Source: Vicugna vicugna (taxonomy: Eukaryota). Taken from it: a DNA stretch of 64,000 bases. The notes under the pieces are model-generated. The model was not told where the DNA came from, made no database searches, and saw only the letters and a program-made list of their open reading frames with translations. The DNA is taken from the NCBI GenBank assembly GCA_013265495.1, contig MU058824.1:4803111-4867110 (forward strand). The letters run 5' to 3'. Made by a program: the position numbers and the translations under genes. Positions 45,691 to 59,689 of the stretch are shown here, in pieces (position 1 is the stretch's first letter; every line of letters starts with the position of its first letter).

Positions 45691-48600
45691 ACCTTACACG
45701 TCTCTCTATTCAAAGTCTGTATCTCAAATTCTGATTCTGCTGCGCCTGCCCAGAGATCCTCTTTCCTCTTCACACAGGGCTGATGCATATATTTCAGAGG
45801 CAGCTCCCCTCTAAGGAGCCACTGAGGAATGTGAAGGAAGAATTCTTAGGTTATTTGTATTGGAGCTGACAGACTGGCTAATTCCCTTCACATAAAGTCC
45901 TTCAAAAACATCTGTGGAATTTAGCTTATTGCATTATCATTCTGGAGTGCAGACTGAGACATAAACAGCCTTTATCTTTCTATTTCTGCTTAATAATATT
46001 ATCCTGTCTCTACCAGGCTGCTGCTGCTGGTTCTTCTTTTTTTTTTTTCTTTTTCTCTTTCTCCAGGTCCCAAATCCACACTTGAACTGGTTTAGGTACC
46101 GAGTCCTTCTCTCTTCCCCTCCCTCCACTTCTATATGTGGTTTAGCAAGGAAACTATCAACAGTCGGATGAGTTTGGACATAGCAAATATGGATGAAAGG
46201 CATGAGGGCAGGGGTGAGCTCATTTTGAGCAAAGTCTTAGGGCTGTGAATCTAGGCTCTATCACAAACAGTTAAAGTCTTTGTAAACAGGGCTCAAACTA
46301 CTATAAAAGCAACTTAAGAACAATATGCAAAGGATCAGGAATCATTGGAGTTACACCTCATCACACGCCACAGACTAGAAAAAAATGAGTGACCTGTAGC
46401 TAAAGACTAATACTTGTAATAATAAAAGCTATTATTTAATTATCTATTAAGCTACCTGCTGTGCTAGATATTTGCTTAATACTTTATTTCAAGGAATAAG
46501 TAAAAGCTACAGGCATACTCTAGGGCAAATCATAATTCATTGGGAAAACTACATGTATTTTGAAAGACTCAAGTTACATTCAAAATTCTAAACTGCCTTA
46601 TACTGAGAAAATTAAGGAAATAAAAATAATGAATTAATATAAGAATATTCTTCAAACTTGTACCTGCTCCTTTCATGAATAATTTAGTAAAATAACTGGT
46701 CACACCTGAAAAGTGGAGATTTTCTTGTATTTTTGTTTATCATAAATCAGCTAGCACATAAGTTCACAGGTGTAAATAAACCTGATGGTTAGTTTTATAA
46801 GAGTTAAGAATAAAAGAATCATATAAAGCACACAGGACTATAAAGCAAAGAAGTGTATTACAGCTGCTTACATACATTTTTTTCTTACCTCCTTGGCTGC
46901 ATGTTAAGGCTGAATAAGAAACTGTCTTATTCATCTCTGTAGTCATTTAACCTAGCCTAGAGCATGGCACGTGGCTTAAAGTGCTCACTGAATTGAACTA
47001 AGGAAGAACAGGGTCTTCATCAAACTAAACTGGAAAAATTTCTTTTCTTCAATACAGCTATGGACATATTTATACACACACAGTTCTAGGCCTCCCTGTT
47101 GGGGTGTGGGGTGCTAAGAGGATAAAGGGAGGGCAGCGGCTGGCTTCTGGATGTGCAGGGCGAGTATCCCCAGGCACAGCTCTCTCCCTTTACTCAACAC
47201 TGCACTCCCTTTACTGCTAGTGGGAGCTGAAGCGTGAGAACCAGAATAGCATGTTCCAGCCAGAATGACAGAAGTTCTCTTTCCCTCTTTCTTCATCTCT
47301 CCCTGCTGAACTTCACCAGTCTTCAACTCTATCCTGTTAGCTGCTTCCAATGGGGCTGCTGAGCAGCCAGGAAAGAATGCAGGATGTGTCTCAAAAAGTC
47401 CAGAACTAGCTGAGGAACAGTTTGTTTTTTTCCCTAAAAAAGGGCAGTCTATAAAGTTACATAAGACTCAGCTCTCCTTGCTGGGAGCTTTTCCAATTTC
47501 AGCTGGAGAGATTCCTCAAACTGTTTAGAGTTTCAGGAAAAGGGTTTGGAATTTCCTGATTGGCTCACCTATAATGGAGCCACCTCTGGGTAGCAAAAGG
47601 GAGGTTCCAGCAGAGAAAGCAGTAACTCTGTGCTCCCGCTGCCCCTCAGTTGTGGCATCACTGAGTTCCCCTGGGAACAGAAAATAGATTGATCCATTTA
47701 TAGTTAAAATCTCAGAACAAAGACACAAGCCCCATTGCCAAAACCAGAGCCCCAGTGGTATCAAGCCTTTGGGGCCACACTCAAAGGAGGCAGGACCCAG
47801 GGAATATAACAGCCCGACCTAGAAGCACAACAAGGCTCTGGGTTTCCTTCTCTGCTTTGGACAGAAGTATAGAGGAATCCGTTTGTGGTCCTGAGAACCT
47901 CAGGTGCCCATCTTGCCCAAGGAGTAGATGAATCAGTCAATAGACATCAACTGAGCACCTATGAGATGCAAGGCACTGATGGTACTATGTGAACAAAGCA
48001 GATCTGGGGCTGGCCTTCGTGGAGCTTATAGTTCACCTAGGAGACTAAACAAATAATTAAATAACTATGACCATGCAAACTATAAAGTAGGCCTTTGAAA
48101 AGTGTTCTATTCAAAGGAAAGACAGCTAATCCATAAAAGCCATCTCTGTCCAGGGAGGCCAGTTAGCATATTTACTAAATTAGGGACCAGTTTATACTGA
48201 ATTGGCATCCAAAATTATCTGTGTTTGAACGGAAAACTCTGGCCCTTAAAGGAGTCACTAGAATCTATCAATAACTTTCTCCCACTTGAGCCCCATTTTT
48301 TTCCCATTCATTTTGTAGGAATTCAGTCCCTATTTACATCACACACTTTTACTTTAGGCATATGAACTCACTTCAGCTAACAAATTACTGTCCATTAAAA
48401 TGAAGAAATTGAACCCTGAGTTGCTCTTCCCAGCTCAGGCCATGTACTTTTGTTTCTTTCTGGTCAACATAGAGAGCTAAGAAAAGGCTGGTATATAATT
48501 CTGCTCTTAAGGACTAAATCTGTAGCACTGGGCAAGTTACTTGATTCCCCTCAGCTTGAGTTTCTTCACCTGTACAATGGGGATAATAATACCTCCTCTT

Positions 48601-51600
48601 ACAGGGTGGTGGTGAAAGTTAAAAGATATGGAAAACACCTAGAACAGTGACTGGTATTTAGTGAGGGATCAGCAAATGGTAACTATAATTAATGTGAATC
48701 AGAAATCTCTTCTTTCCTTGAATCTAAATCCCTCCAACTGCTTTTTTGAGACTGCACTACTGTTCAGTTTACCAGTTCACAGCAGGGAATCTTGTCACTG
48801 TCATACTCGGTGCTTTTCTTTTCAACAGGCATCCCACCTCAAATTCTTTAATTTTCCTGGCTCTTGCTGTCTGTCTTCCTGATAGTCGTAAAGTGGATCT
48901 GTCCAAGGAAATGTCCCAAGGGAATACACAGAAAGAAGGTTAGAGTGAATTTGCACGTTATCTGTAAATCAAGAATTTCCCAAGCAGCGAATTGCTCACC
49001 TGTCAGCAGAACATAGTGAAAGTGAGTCCTCTACATAAACTCATGGGCTGACAAGATTCTCCTTAAAATTATTTCCAGACATGTATACCAGGAGAAACTA
49101 CCCAAGTCCCATAGCTTCTGTTTTGGAAAACGCTCTCTAGTTTACCCTCTCTTCTAATTCCTACCATCACTGCTCTAACTCTAGGCCCTCTTTCAACACC
49201 TCTTTCAATGATTAATAGTTTAAACTTCAAGCGAAAATTCCTATCGGCCAAGAATTGAGACTATTGCTAGGAATACAGTGGTAAACAAAATAAATATCCC
49301 TGCCCTCATGGAGTTTACAATCTAGTGGAGTAGGCAGAAAAACACACAAAATAAAAATATAATTACAAAGTGTGATAAATGTCAAGAAAGTAAAAGTACA
49401 GAGTATTAGGAGGACCCGATTAAGACTAAATAAGAAATTGATTAAGAGGTCAGGGAAGGCCTCTCTGGTCTGATGTTTAAGCTGAGCCTTGAAAGGTGAA
49501 TTGAAAGGAAGTTAAACAGGTGAAAAGTAGGAAACACTCCAGGCAGAGAAAATGAAATGTGTAAAAGGCCATGAGGCAAGAAAAGTGGCTACTGTCTTAG
49601 AAAAACTGAAAGTGTGGTTGAAAGCTTCCATTATATTTAACAACCAGGAGTTCACCGGTGATCTTGACATAAATAATTTCAGGGGAGTGATAGAAAATGA
49701 AATTAGACAGAAGAGGGTACAAATGTGAATGAAAAGTTGAGTAGACAGCTTGGTCAATGAAGATTGCCTGTGAGAAGAGAGAAATGAGACCATCAATACC
49801 GCAGGGTGATGTGGTGTCAGGGGATTTATTTTAAAATTGATACTGATTTTATCAAATTAATATATGCACATGGTTACAAAGCTAAATTGTACTATAAAGT
49901 TTATGATGAACAATAGCAATCCCCAGCTCTACCCCTTTCCACCTCCGTGAAGTTCTCCAGAGATCACTACTTTCAGAACTTTTAGGTGTTTATCTGGCAC
50001 TTACGTCCATGTTTATAAATCATATGCATATTTAATTATTTCTTGATTTTAAACATTCCCCTTTACTTCCTAGTATGGAAGATAAAAATTCAGCATTTTT
50101 ACACCCATCTTCCTCACAATTTCTGATTTAACTAATATCCAGTGTTTGCTATGATTTGGTATAGTCTGTGAATCCTTATTATTACTACATAATTTATAAT
50201 ACTTTGATACTTGACTCTCTTGTTATGTATTTTCTACATATTTGTTCCTAATTCTTCTCAAATTCTCTAGTAGAAGTGTAAAAATCCCTTTCAGTATAAT
50301 TTTCCAAATGGTCAAAGACAATTCTTTTTTTTTTTTCTGGAACATAATCCTTCAGGAACTTTCTGTTCTCCAGCTACACTCTGAACTGACTCTCCTTGCT
50401 GGCTTACAACACCACTATCATGCTGGACTTCTCTTTATCATTCTAGGAATTTCCTTTGCCTTTTCTGTTAGGTGCCCTGCGTTCTAAATCCCATGATTTC
50501 TTCTTTCTTGTTTATACTCTCATTTTGCTGAAGCATATCCTGTAGAAGCTTCCTAAGAAAGGATACACAGTAAGAATATTTTTGAAATGAATGTCTGGAA
50601 GTATATATTCTAAACTCTTACTTACAACTGATAATTTGGCTGTGCATAAAAATGCTAGGCTAGAAATCAGTTCCTGTCAGAAATTTAAAAGCATTGCCCA
50701 TTGCTTACTAATTAGATTCCATTATTGTTAAGTCCAATGGCCTTCTGGTTTTTGATATTTTATATAAACTTTTTTTTTTAAAGAATAGTTTTAAATTTTC
50801 TCTAAATTCTTCGTGTTCTAAGTTTTTATGATGAGGTATCCTGAGGTAGGCTATTTCCATCTGTTGTGCTGGGCACTCAGTGGGCCCTTTCAACTTGAAG
50901 ACTCACGTTCTTCAGTTCTGGGAAATGCACTGGTACTCTTTCTTTTCTTTTTTTGTTATAACTACTTCTCCTCTGATGTTGAAGGTTTAGAAAAGAGAGG
51001 AATTAAATGATGAAGCAACATCCCTGAGAAGTAGTAGTGACTCAAGAATTTCTATATAGTTTGAACTTAGGATCAGGAAACAGACTAAAAAGGGTGGATG
51101 AAAGTGGGGTGGCATCAGGGAATTGTCTTGGAAGTTCCATTTGCATAGCAATCAGTGTTTTTACTCAGAATATAGGTTTATTTGGGGGTACCTGACAAAG
51201 TATATTATTTAGGTATATACTCTCTGCTGCATGGATATAAAGAAAAAAAAAATCTCTAAAAACTGCTAAACAAGGAGTATGCAATCTAGTGCACCGGGGA
51301 AACATTAGCTTTTGTTAGAAGGTGGGATACTTCCCCCATTGCAAATAGTGAAGAGAGGATGGCTACAGATACATTTGCAAATTGGTGGTAGGAAGTAGAA
51401 AGTTCATGTTTGATGGCTTCTTTGAGGTTTATGAGTCAAGGTCATCAACAGAGTATATGGAGGGAAAAAGGGAAGATCAGAGATTAAGGAGAGTAGTGAA
51501 GGTATAAAATATTTGTTATAAATAATGGAGGAATAATCTAATTGTTAGAAAAATACAGTAAGACTGCTGGCCAATGTAAGCTTGGTGATGATGAATTTAA

Positions 51601-54600
51601 AGTGATACTAAATCTACTGGACTGTACAATTTTCTCTAGCTGCTTAAGTACAGGAAAAGAAAAGGTAAGAGGTTATGTTCATTACTAGGTAAATATACAA
51701 AGAATGATTGTAATATCAATGAAGTTTTAATGAAGTTAACGGACTACCAGTGAGGGTAATTCAACAAGTGAATAGAATGCAATAAGCCATAAACCATAAA
51801 GCCTAAATAGCAATACAAGCATATTTTGGTACAACCTTCATATTGAGCTTGGGAGGAAAAAAATATATATCTAGTCTTCAAAATGGTCAAATCCTCTAAC
51901 TCCCCCCCTAGAATTCCATCCTAAGGAAATTATCAGAGATGTGGACAAAGATTTTTTTTCATAATGTTGTTAATCTGAACATTTTTCAGAAGAAAAACTA
52001 TTTTTAAAAACCCCAAATGCCTAACATTCAGGTTAAGTAAATTATGGCACATTCAAACAATGGCTATGAAAATTTTGGCTTTCAAAAACTGTTCAATGAT
52101 ACGTTTTCATTTTATACGTGTCTTTATTTTTCTAGATTCTCGACAGTGAGAATATATTTCACCTGTAATTAAGAGAAAAAAACAAAACATTTTATCAGAA
52201 AATATGTTTAAACAGAAATACATAAGATTTTTTTGTTTGTTTCAAAGGAAAAAAATCACAGAATCCTTCATTTCATCTTTCTCCATAAAAAGGCAGTTAA
52301 GTTTAAACACTTTCTAGGTTGAAGTCTGGGCAGCTAATAATATTTCCTTAGGACTCTTCTCCATAATCCCTTAATCTTGAATGAGTGATAGATTTATAAA
52401 CCTAATCTCTAAAGGAAGAAAATCCAGTGTAGAAATGATATTCCCCGAATCACACTCCTAGTGACACTATTTGCCCTTCCATTCTTGGGTCTCATGCACT
52501 AGAGTTTTTTTTTTTAAAAAGTCTTTATGTTGATTAAATCTGAGAACCACTGATTAAGAGGCTGAGATTAGAGTTTAGGTCTAAGAGTAATTCTCCTCCA
52601 GTAAAATCAGCCTCTCCTGGGAATTTATTAGACTGGTATACACTTGGGCCCAATGCCAGACTTAACGAAATCAAATCTCAGGGGTGAGTCAGGTGATTTT
52701 TATGCATCCTCAAGTTTAAGAAGCACATGTCTAGAGTAAATTAAGCAAAGAGGCTAACAGTACTCAACAGGAAGGAAGTGCACAGCCCCACCCCCCCACC
52801 ATATTCAATGTCTATCTTTTAAAGCATATACATTATTATAAAATATTCCAAAACCAAACTTGATTGGTTACTGGTAGGTGGTCAATTGAAGATGACAGGA
52901 TCTCAAACCAAACCATTTCTTTCAAACTCTTTTCACTTTGGAGTCATGACTCAGCAAGCAAAACATCTGTAACATCTTTGGTGACTGGCTTACAGCGTGC
53001 TTTACATAGCTCCCTTGCAGATAGGGGGAGGTGAAGGGGATGGAGAGGAAAGGAGGGAGAGAGAGATGAACAGGTTAGATTCTATTTCTTCCAACCCCTT
53101 GCCTTCAACAGCTCAGTTTTTATCTTTTTGTGTTCACTTTCCTGTGGAATATACTTGAAAAAAAGCTCCCCTCTAAAAAATATTTTGAAATTCTGTTTTC
53201 TACTACATATTCTCCCAATCCAATAAAAAGCCACAGCTGTCTTTTTTTGTTTTTCCCCATGAGACCAATGCTCCGTGTTAACTATCTATCACCACCACCT
53301 GGTTGTCAGAAAGGACTCACAAATGGATAACCAGGCAGGTGGTCCTGCTTACAGGTCTCCCTTCTCCAGCTACTATCATTAGGGATGAATAAACTAATAA
53401 TGCTGCAGGTCGCTGTGTTGGATGTTAGGCAAAGCATATTACATAAATCAGCTTATAAACTGAAATAGACACTACCCTATCTAAGAAGCTAACTATAGCT
53501 ATAAGTATAAAATAAAAATAACAATATTTTTAAAAAGTAGAATATCTCTTGAAATAAGTAAGAGAAGTCCTTCAAAGTAGTCACCTTAGGAGACAACTCA
53601 TTCCAATTTTGTATGCTCCTACTCAAAACATTTCCAGAACAACACCTTTGGAACTCCAAACCTACCAAAACTGTGAGACGTAATCAACTCTTGTTTTAAG
53701 TCACTAAGTTTTGGGGTATTTGTTATACAGTAAAACTTATATATGATTTGGGGGATATTTAAAAGGAAATGATTAGTCTTACAGAAAAACTCTAGTTATC
53801 TAGAACCTTCAGAGAATAGGTTGGTCCGAATAACAAACTTTGGCTGTATCCTTAAATAAACAGAGTACAACATCCTTCAAATAACAAGAAAACAACATTT
53901 TGGAAGAGAAGCAACTCCAGGATGAATGAGATCAGCAGTAGCTCCCCAACTCTCCCATCTTGAGTTTTTGCTTTTATCCTTGGGGTCATACTGACTTTAA
54001 GAATATTCTGATCCCCCTTTTCTTCCTTTACCTGAACATAAGTACACTAAATATAAGGCTGTATTTTCTTTCTTAAAATAATTATACAAGAAAAGAAAGG
54101 AAGTACAAAAGTATAAAAACAGATTAACAAGTTAAATATAGATTTTAGGATCCTAAGATAAACTTAAGTATAAACTTTGGATCCTAAAATAACTAAATCT
54201 AGCCAGAAGTTGGCTGGCCGGCTTTCTTTTTTTTCTCCACCCCGTTACCAATTCATTGTCCTTGACCACAAGACCTCACACAAGAAGCCAAAAACACAGC
54301 AGACATTTTGGAGCTTACTGTCTCATCTTCCTGGAGAAGATAAAAGACTATCTTATTAAACCAAGAATTCCAGAGAAGAGAAGTTTTCTTTAGGTATCAA
54401 AATTAATTTTTTAAAAACTTCAGGTATTTTGGTAAAAATTCTTTCAAAATGTACACTTTTACTTACACACTTCTGTTTTATATATAGTATATAGGCCATT
54501 AACTTAAACTTTTTCTTGATGACTCACTGTTAACAGTAATATACTAGGCTAAAACACAGTTTTGTTCTCAGTGTCTATTAAGGACTTACATACGAAATCA

Positions 54601-54649
54601 CCAAACCCCTAAGACTGTGTGTTAACAGTAAATATGATTCACTTTTGCC

Positions 54650-57175
54650 ATTTTTACTCAATATAGTACTGGAAGTCATAGCCAGAGCAATTAGGCAAGA
54701 AAAAGACAGAAAAGGCATCCACATCTCTACTGGCGGATTACATGGTCTTACATGTTGAAAACCCTGAAGATCCCTCCCCTCAACTGTTAGAATTAATAAA
54801 TGAATCCAGCAAAGTTGTAGGACACAAAATCAGCATATAAAAATGAGTTGTGTTTCTAGACAATAATAAAAAATCTGAAAAGGAAATTAAGAAAATAATT
54901 CCATTTACAACACCACCAAGAAGAATAAAATACTGAGGAATAAACTTAAACAAGAAGGTAAAAGCCTTGTACACTGAAAACAATACAATGTTACTGGAAG
55001 AAATTAAAGAAGACACAAATAAAGGGAAAGATATCCTGTATTCATGGGATGTAAGATTTAATATTGTTAAGATGTCAATACCTGCAATATGTGACAACCT
55101 GCATGGACATTACGTTAAGTGAAATAAGCAAATCACAGAATTACAAATATTGCCTGATTCCACTTATATGAGGCATCTAAAATGGTTAAATTCATGAATC
55201 AAATAGTGGAATAATGGTTGACTGAGGGAGGGGGAAATGAGTTGTTATTCAATGGGTATAAAGCTTCAGCCAAGAAAGATGAATAAGCTCTAAAGATCTG
55301 CTGTAAATATATGTGTGTGTGTGTGTGTATAAAACAATAATTTAAGAGGGTAGATTACATGTTAAGTGTTCTTTCTACAATAAAAAGATGTCAATTACCC
55401 AAAGCAATCTACAGATTCAATGAAATCCCTTTAAAAATCCTAATGACATTTTTTGCAGAAATAGAAAAATCCACCCTAAAATTCATGGAATCTCAAGGGA
55501 TACTGAATAGCCAAAAAAATTTTGAAAAAGCAGAACAAGGTTGAAGGACTCACACTTCAACTTTGCTGTATATATATATATATATACAGAAGAATGTGGT
55601 ATTAGAATAAAGACAGACATATAGACCAGAATAGAAATAGAAACCTAGAAATAAATCCTGGCATATCTGGTCAAATGATATTCGACAAGATGCCAACAGT
55701 ACTCAGTGGGGAAAGGAGGGTCTTCAACAAATGGTGTTAGGAAAACTGGATATCCAGATGTAAATGAATTAGGCTGGGCCCCTACATTATATATCATACA
55801 AAAATTAACTCAAAATAGATCAAGACCTAACCATAAGAGATAAAACTAAAAAAAAAAAAAAACTTAGAAGAGTACATAGGGGAAAAGCTTTGACAATGAA
55901 TTTGGCAATAATTTCTTGGATATGACACTAAAAGCACAGGCAACAAAAGAAAAAATAGGTAAACTGGACCTCATCAAAATTAAAAATCTTTTGTGCATCA
56001 AAGGATACTATTAACAGAGTGAAAAGGCAATCCATGGAATGGGAGAATATATTTTCAAATCATAATATCTGATAAGGGACTTTTATCCTGAATATATAAA
56101 GAACTTTCAAAATTCAATAATAGACAGATAACCCCCCCAAAAATGGGCAAAGGATTTCAACAGACATTTCTCCAAAGAAGATATAAAAATGGCCAATAAG
56201 CACATGAAAAGATACTCAACATCACTAGTCATTAGAGAAATGCAAATCAAAACCACAATTAGATACCATTTTACACTCATTAGGATGACTATTTTTAAAA
56301 AATAAAACAGAAAATAAGTGCTGGCAAAGATGTGGGAAAACTGGAATGCTTTACATTGCTGGTGGGAATGTAAAAGTTCCAGTTACTGTGGAAAACAGTA
56401 TGGCAATTTCTCAAAAAATTAAACAGAATTACCATATGATCTAGCAATTCAATTTCCGGGTATATATCCAAAGGAAATGAAAACAGGGACTTATATTTGT
56501 ACTTCCAAGTTCACAGAAGCATTATTCACAACAGCCAAAAGGTGGAAGTAACCCAAGTGTCCACTGATGGATGAATGGATAAACCGAATGTGGTACATAC
56601 ATACAATTAAAATTATTCAGCCTTAAAAAGGAAGGAAATTCAAGATAAAAAGAAGGTCCTACTGTATAGCACAGGGAACAATATTCAATAGCTTATAATA
56701 ACCTATAATATAAAAGAATATGAAAAACAGTATATATACATGTATAACTGAATCACTATGCTGTACACCAGAAATTAATACAACACTGTAAATCAACTAT
56801 ACTTCAATTAAAAAATAAAGGAAATTTGGATACAAGCTACCACATGGATGAAACTTGAAGACATCATGGTAAGTGAAATAAACCAGTCACAAAGAGACAA
56901 ATATTGTACGATATGACTTCTATGAAATACCTAGAGTAGTCAAATTCATGGAGGAAAAAAGTAGAGTGGTGGTTGCCAGGGCTTGGGGAAGAGAAAATGA
57001 GGAGTTATTGTTTAATGAGTATGCAGTTTCAGTTTGAGAGATGAAAAAGTTCTAGAGACAAATGGTGGTGATAGCTGGACAACAATGTGAATGTACTTAA
57101 TGACACTGAACCGTATACTTAAAAATGATTAAAATGGTAAATTTTATGTTATATATATTTTACCACAGCTTAAAA
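54650..57175 (+). mobile_element. Long degenerate L1 (ORF2 second half and 3'UTR) with nested insertions
   Basis: AGTACTGGAAGTCATAGCCAGAGCAATTAGGCAAGAAAAAG; LPKAIYRFNEIPLKI; nested L1 3' ends at ~55083-55384 and ~56641-56817. Confidence 0.9.
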
Positions 57176-57254
57176 ATAGCTCAGCAGTAGTGTGCATGCT
57201 TAGCCTGCACAAGGTTCTGGGTTCAATCCCCAGTACCCTCATTTAAAAAAAAAA
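57176..57254 (+). mobile_element. 5'-truncated tRNA-Ala-derived SINE
   Basis: TAGCTCAGCAGTAGTGTGCATGCTTAGCCTGCACAAGGTTCTGGGTTCAATCCCCAGTACC plus A-tail. Confidence 0.8.
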
Positions 57255-57649
57255 GTAAACGTGATACAAGAGAGGTTCTGCTGTAAGTTATAATTTTTCA
57301 TTAGAATGCATCCACATTCTACCTTCACCACCTAAAGTCACTGTCAGAGCAATGTTTTTACCTGACCACTCAAAATAATATGCTCATTTTGCACGACAGA
57401 CTCATTTGACAGGAAGAAAAATATCACATGCCAATGTTTGAGTGGGTGTTTTCTGGGTAACCTCAATACTGATCAACTGGACTATTCTATAGAGACTGCC
57501 CTTACCCTGACAAGCAGTGAATGAGCCATCTCAGTCAAGTGACTTTTAATAGGGTGCTCAGTCATTGTGTATGAGTAATAGAAGAAAAGGGTGAGTTATT
57601 GTCCTAAATTTGCAGAGAGAAGAATAGAACACATGGCCTTCCTATGAAC

Positions 57650-57750
57650 TAGGGTTGCCAGATTTAGCAAATAAAAATACAGGACACCCTGTTGTTTATC
57701 TAAAATTCAAATTAACTTGGTATCCTGTACCTGTATTTTATCTAGCAACA
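57650..57750. mobile_element. Internally deleted MER53-like palindromic MITE
   Basis: TAGGGTTGCCAGATTTAGCAAATAAAAATACAGG ... CCTGTATTTTATCTAGCAAC inverted termini. Confidence 0.65.
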
Positions 57751-57875
57751 TTCTGAAGTGTTGGAAGTGAAGAGAAAAATCAAACAGTCCACAGTGTTTT
57801 AGGGTTACAGAAGTCTTAACAGGGAGCCTAGACAGAGAAAAGTAGAGAAGCCCATTAAAAATGTATTAGCTAACC

Positions 57876-57930
57876 AAAAAAAAAGAAAGAAAGAAAGAAG
57901 AGAAAGAAAGAGAGAAAGAGAAAGAAAGAA

Positions 57931-57998
<68 letters not shown>

Positions 57999-58046
57999 GG
58001 AAGGAAGGAAGGAAGGAAGGAAGGAAGGAAGGAAGGAAGGAAAAAG
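57876..58046. repeat. 171-nt pure purine tract, (GAAA)n followed by (GGAA)11
   Basis: Directly visible; no pyrimidine on the + strand. Confidence 0.95.
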
Positions 58047-59689
58047 TATTGGTCTCCAGATACCATACCCATGCTTAATCCAGCTCAGGAGACCATCCCT
58101 GCTTTGGGTTTCTGTGATCCAAGACTTACTTTATAAAGTTATAAAGATAAGTCAGAGAATGGGAGAAAGAAAAAGTAAAGAGGGATAAATCAAAGCTAGA
58201 AATAGACGAGAACATACCCAGTCTCGGTTTAGGCAGGCGTGGCCTCAAAAAGGGATCTTAAACACTTAACATAAAAATCAGAGGAAATCAGATTTTGACC
58301 TGGCTCAAAGCAGAATAGAAACAATAGTGGTTGGTACCCTACAGCCATACAGTAGGAGGGGCACAGGTAGCAGAATACGGGGGGATAATGGTGGGATCTC
58401 TCTTCCCCTAACTATACCACTGCTTAATTTCCAAGGAGCCTCCTAAGGCTCTCCAGTCACTATTTTTTCCTACTAACACTGTGAGCCCCAGTTACAATAA
58501 TGCCACTAGTCGTCAGGCAACTACCTCTTAGTTTATAAACTCCATAGCTTTTCAGCCATTGTTTTATAATTCAGCAATACATCTACTTCCCCACAGAACC
58601 TGGGCTAAAACTGAGGTCTCTGAACCCCCTCTCAGCTTCAGGAAACTGAATCTAAACAGATCACCCTCCTATGAATCAACGATAACAGGTTTCAGGCTCT
58701 CTGTTCTTTGAGAATTCCATCTTTAAAAGGCCTGTGTTCTTGTTTATTACTGACACTACTCACATAGTGGTAATCCCTGCCTGATTCTGGCCTGACCATA
58801 CTACAGGAGTATTTAGGAATCTATGATATTTCTTTAACTGGGCCAGCCTAGAACGTCTACTCCTCCAATGGGGTGAGGGGTGGGGAGGGTGCGGCCAGGG
58901 GAAGGTATCAGGAGCTAAAGGGTAAAATAACTGAGACTCTTCATTCCTCCAATCTGTCCTGAAGCTCCAGGCGACCAGCTACACTGAGTCTAGTTTAGAG
59001 GCTATAGCCAGCCTCCAGAATTCTTCCCCAGTGGGAGCAGTTAGCCTCCAGGGCCAGAGGAGCAGGGACGGGGTGCACCTGGGCAAAGCTCTTTCAAGAT
59101 TATCTGGGCAGCCTCTGAGGCACTAACCAATAAAAATTTCTGCAGCCCTGGTCCTGACTTCTTACTGTAAAGAGAACAAAAAGGGGAAACAGCTCAGGCA
59201 TAGAAGCTTCTATGTAAATAAAAGTAGATGCATGAATTGAAAAACTGAATATACTCAGTTCTGTGCTCCCAATATGAGCACAAGTAATCCCCCCAGATGC
59301 CCTTCCTTTTGTCCTCCCTTCATGTAACTAGTGACATTTTCCCCATTAAAGCACTCTGCCTCACAGCCTCTGCATTGGGCTCATTCATTCACCCACCCAT
59401 CAAATAATCTGAGTGCTACCATGTGCCAAGCACCGTGCTGGGCGCTGAACATACAAATGAATACTGTATGGTCCATGACTCCAGGGCAGTCCCTGGTGTC
59501 CTCACGGCCAGCCTGGCAATCCCAAGCCAGCCCTGGGCAACGGGATCACCGTGCCCTTCACAGCAGGTAAGCGCGGTGGCAGGGGACTGGGAAAGTGGTA
59601 GGTAAAACGTTTCCCCAAAGTAAAACTGGGTATGAGAGAGGTATCCCAGCCAGGCTCAGGCAGATACCAACTTAGGATCTAGGGGCCAA

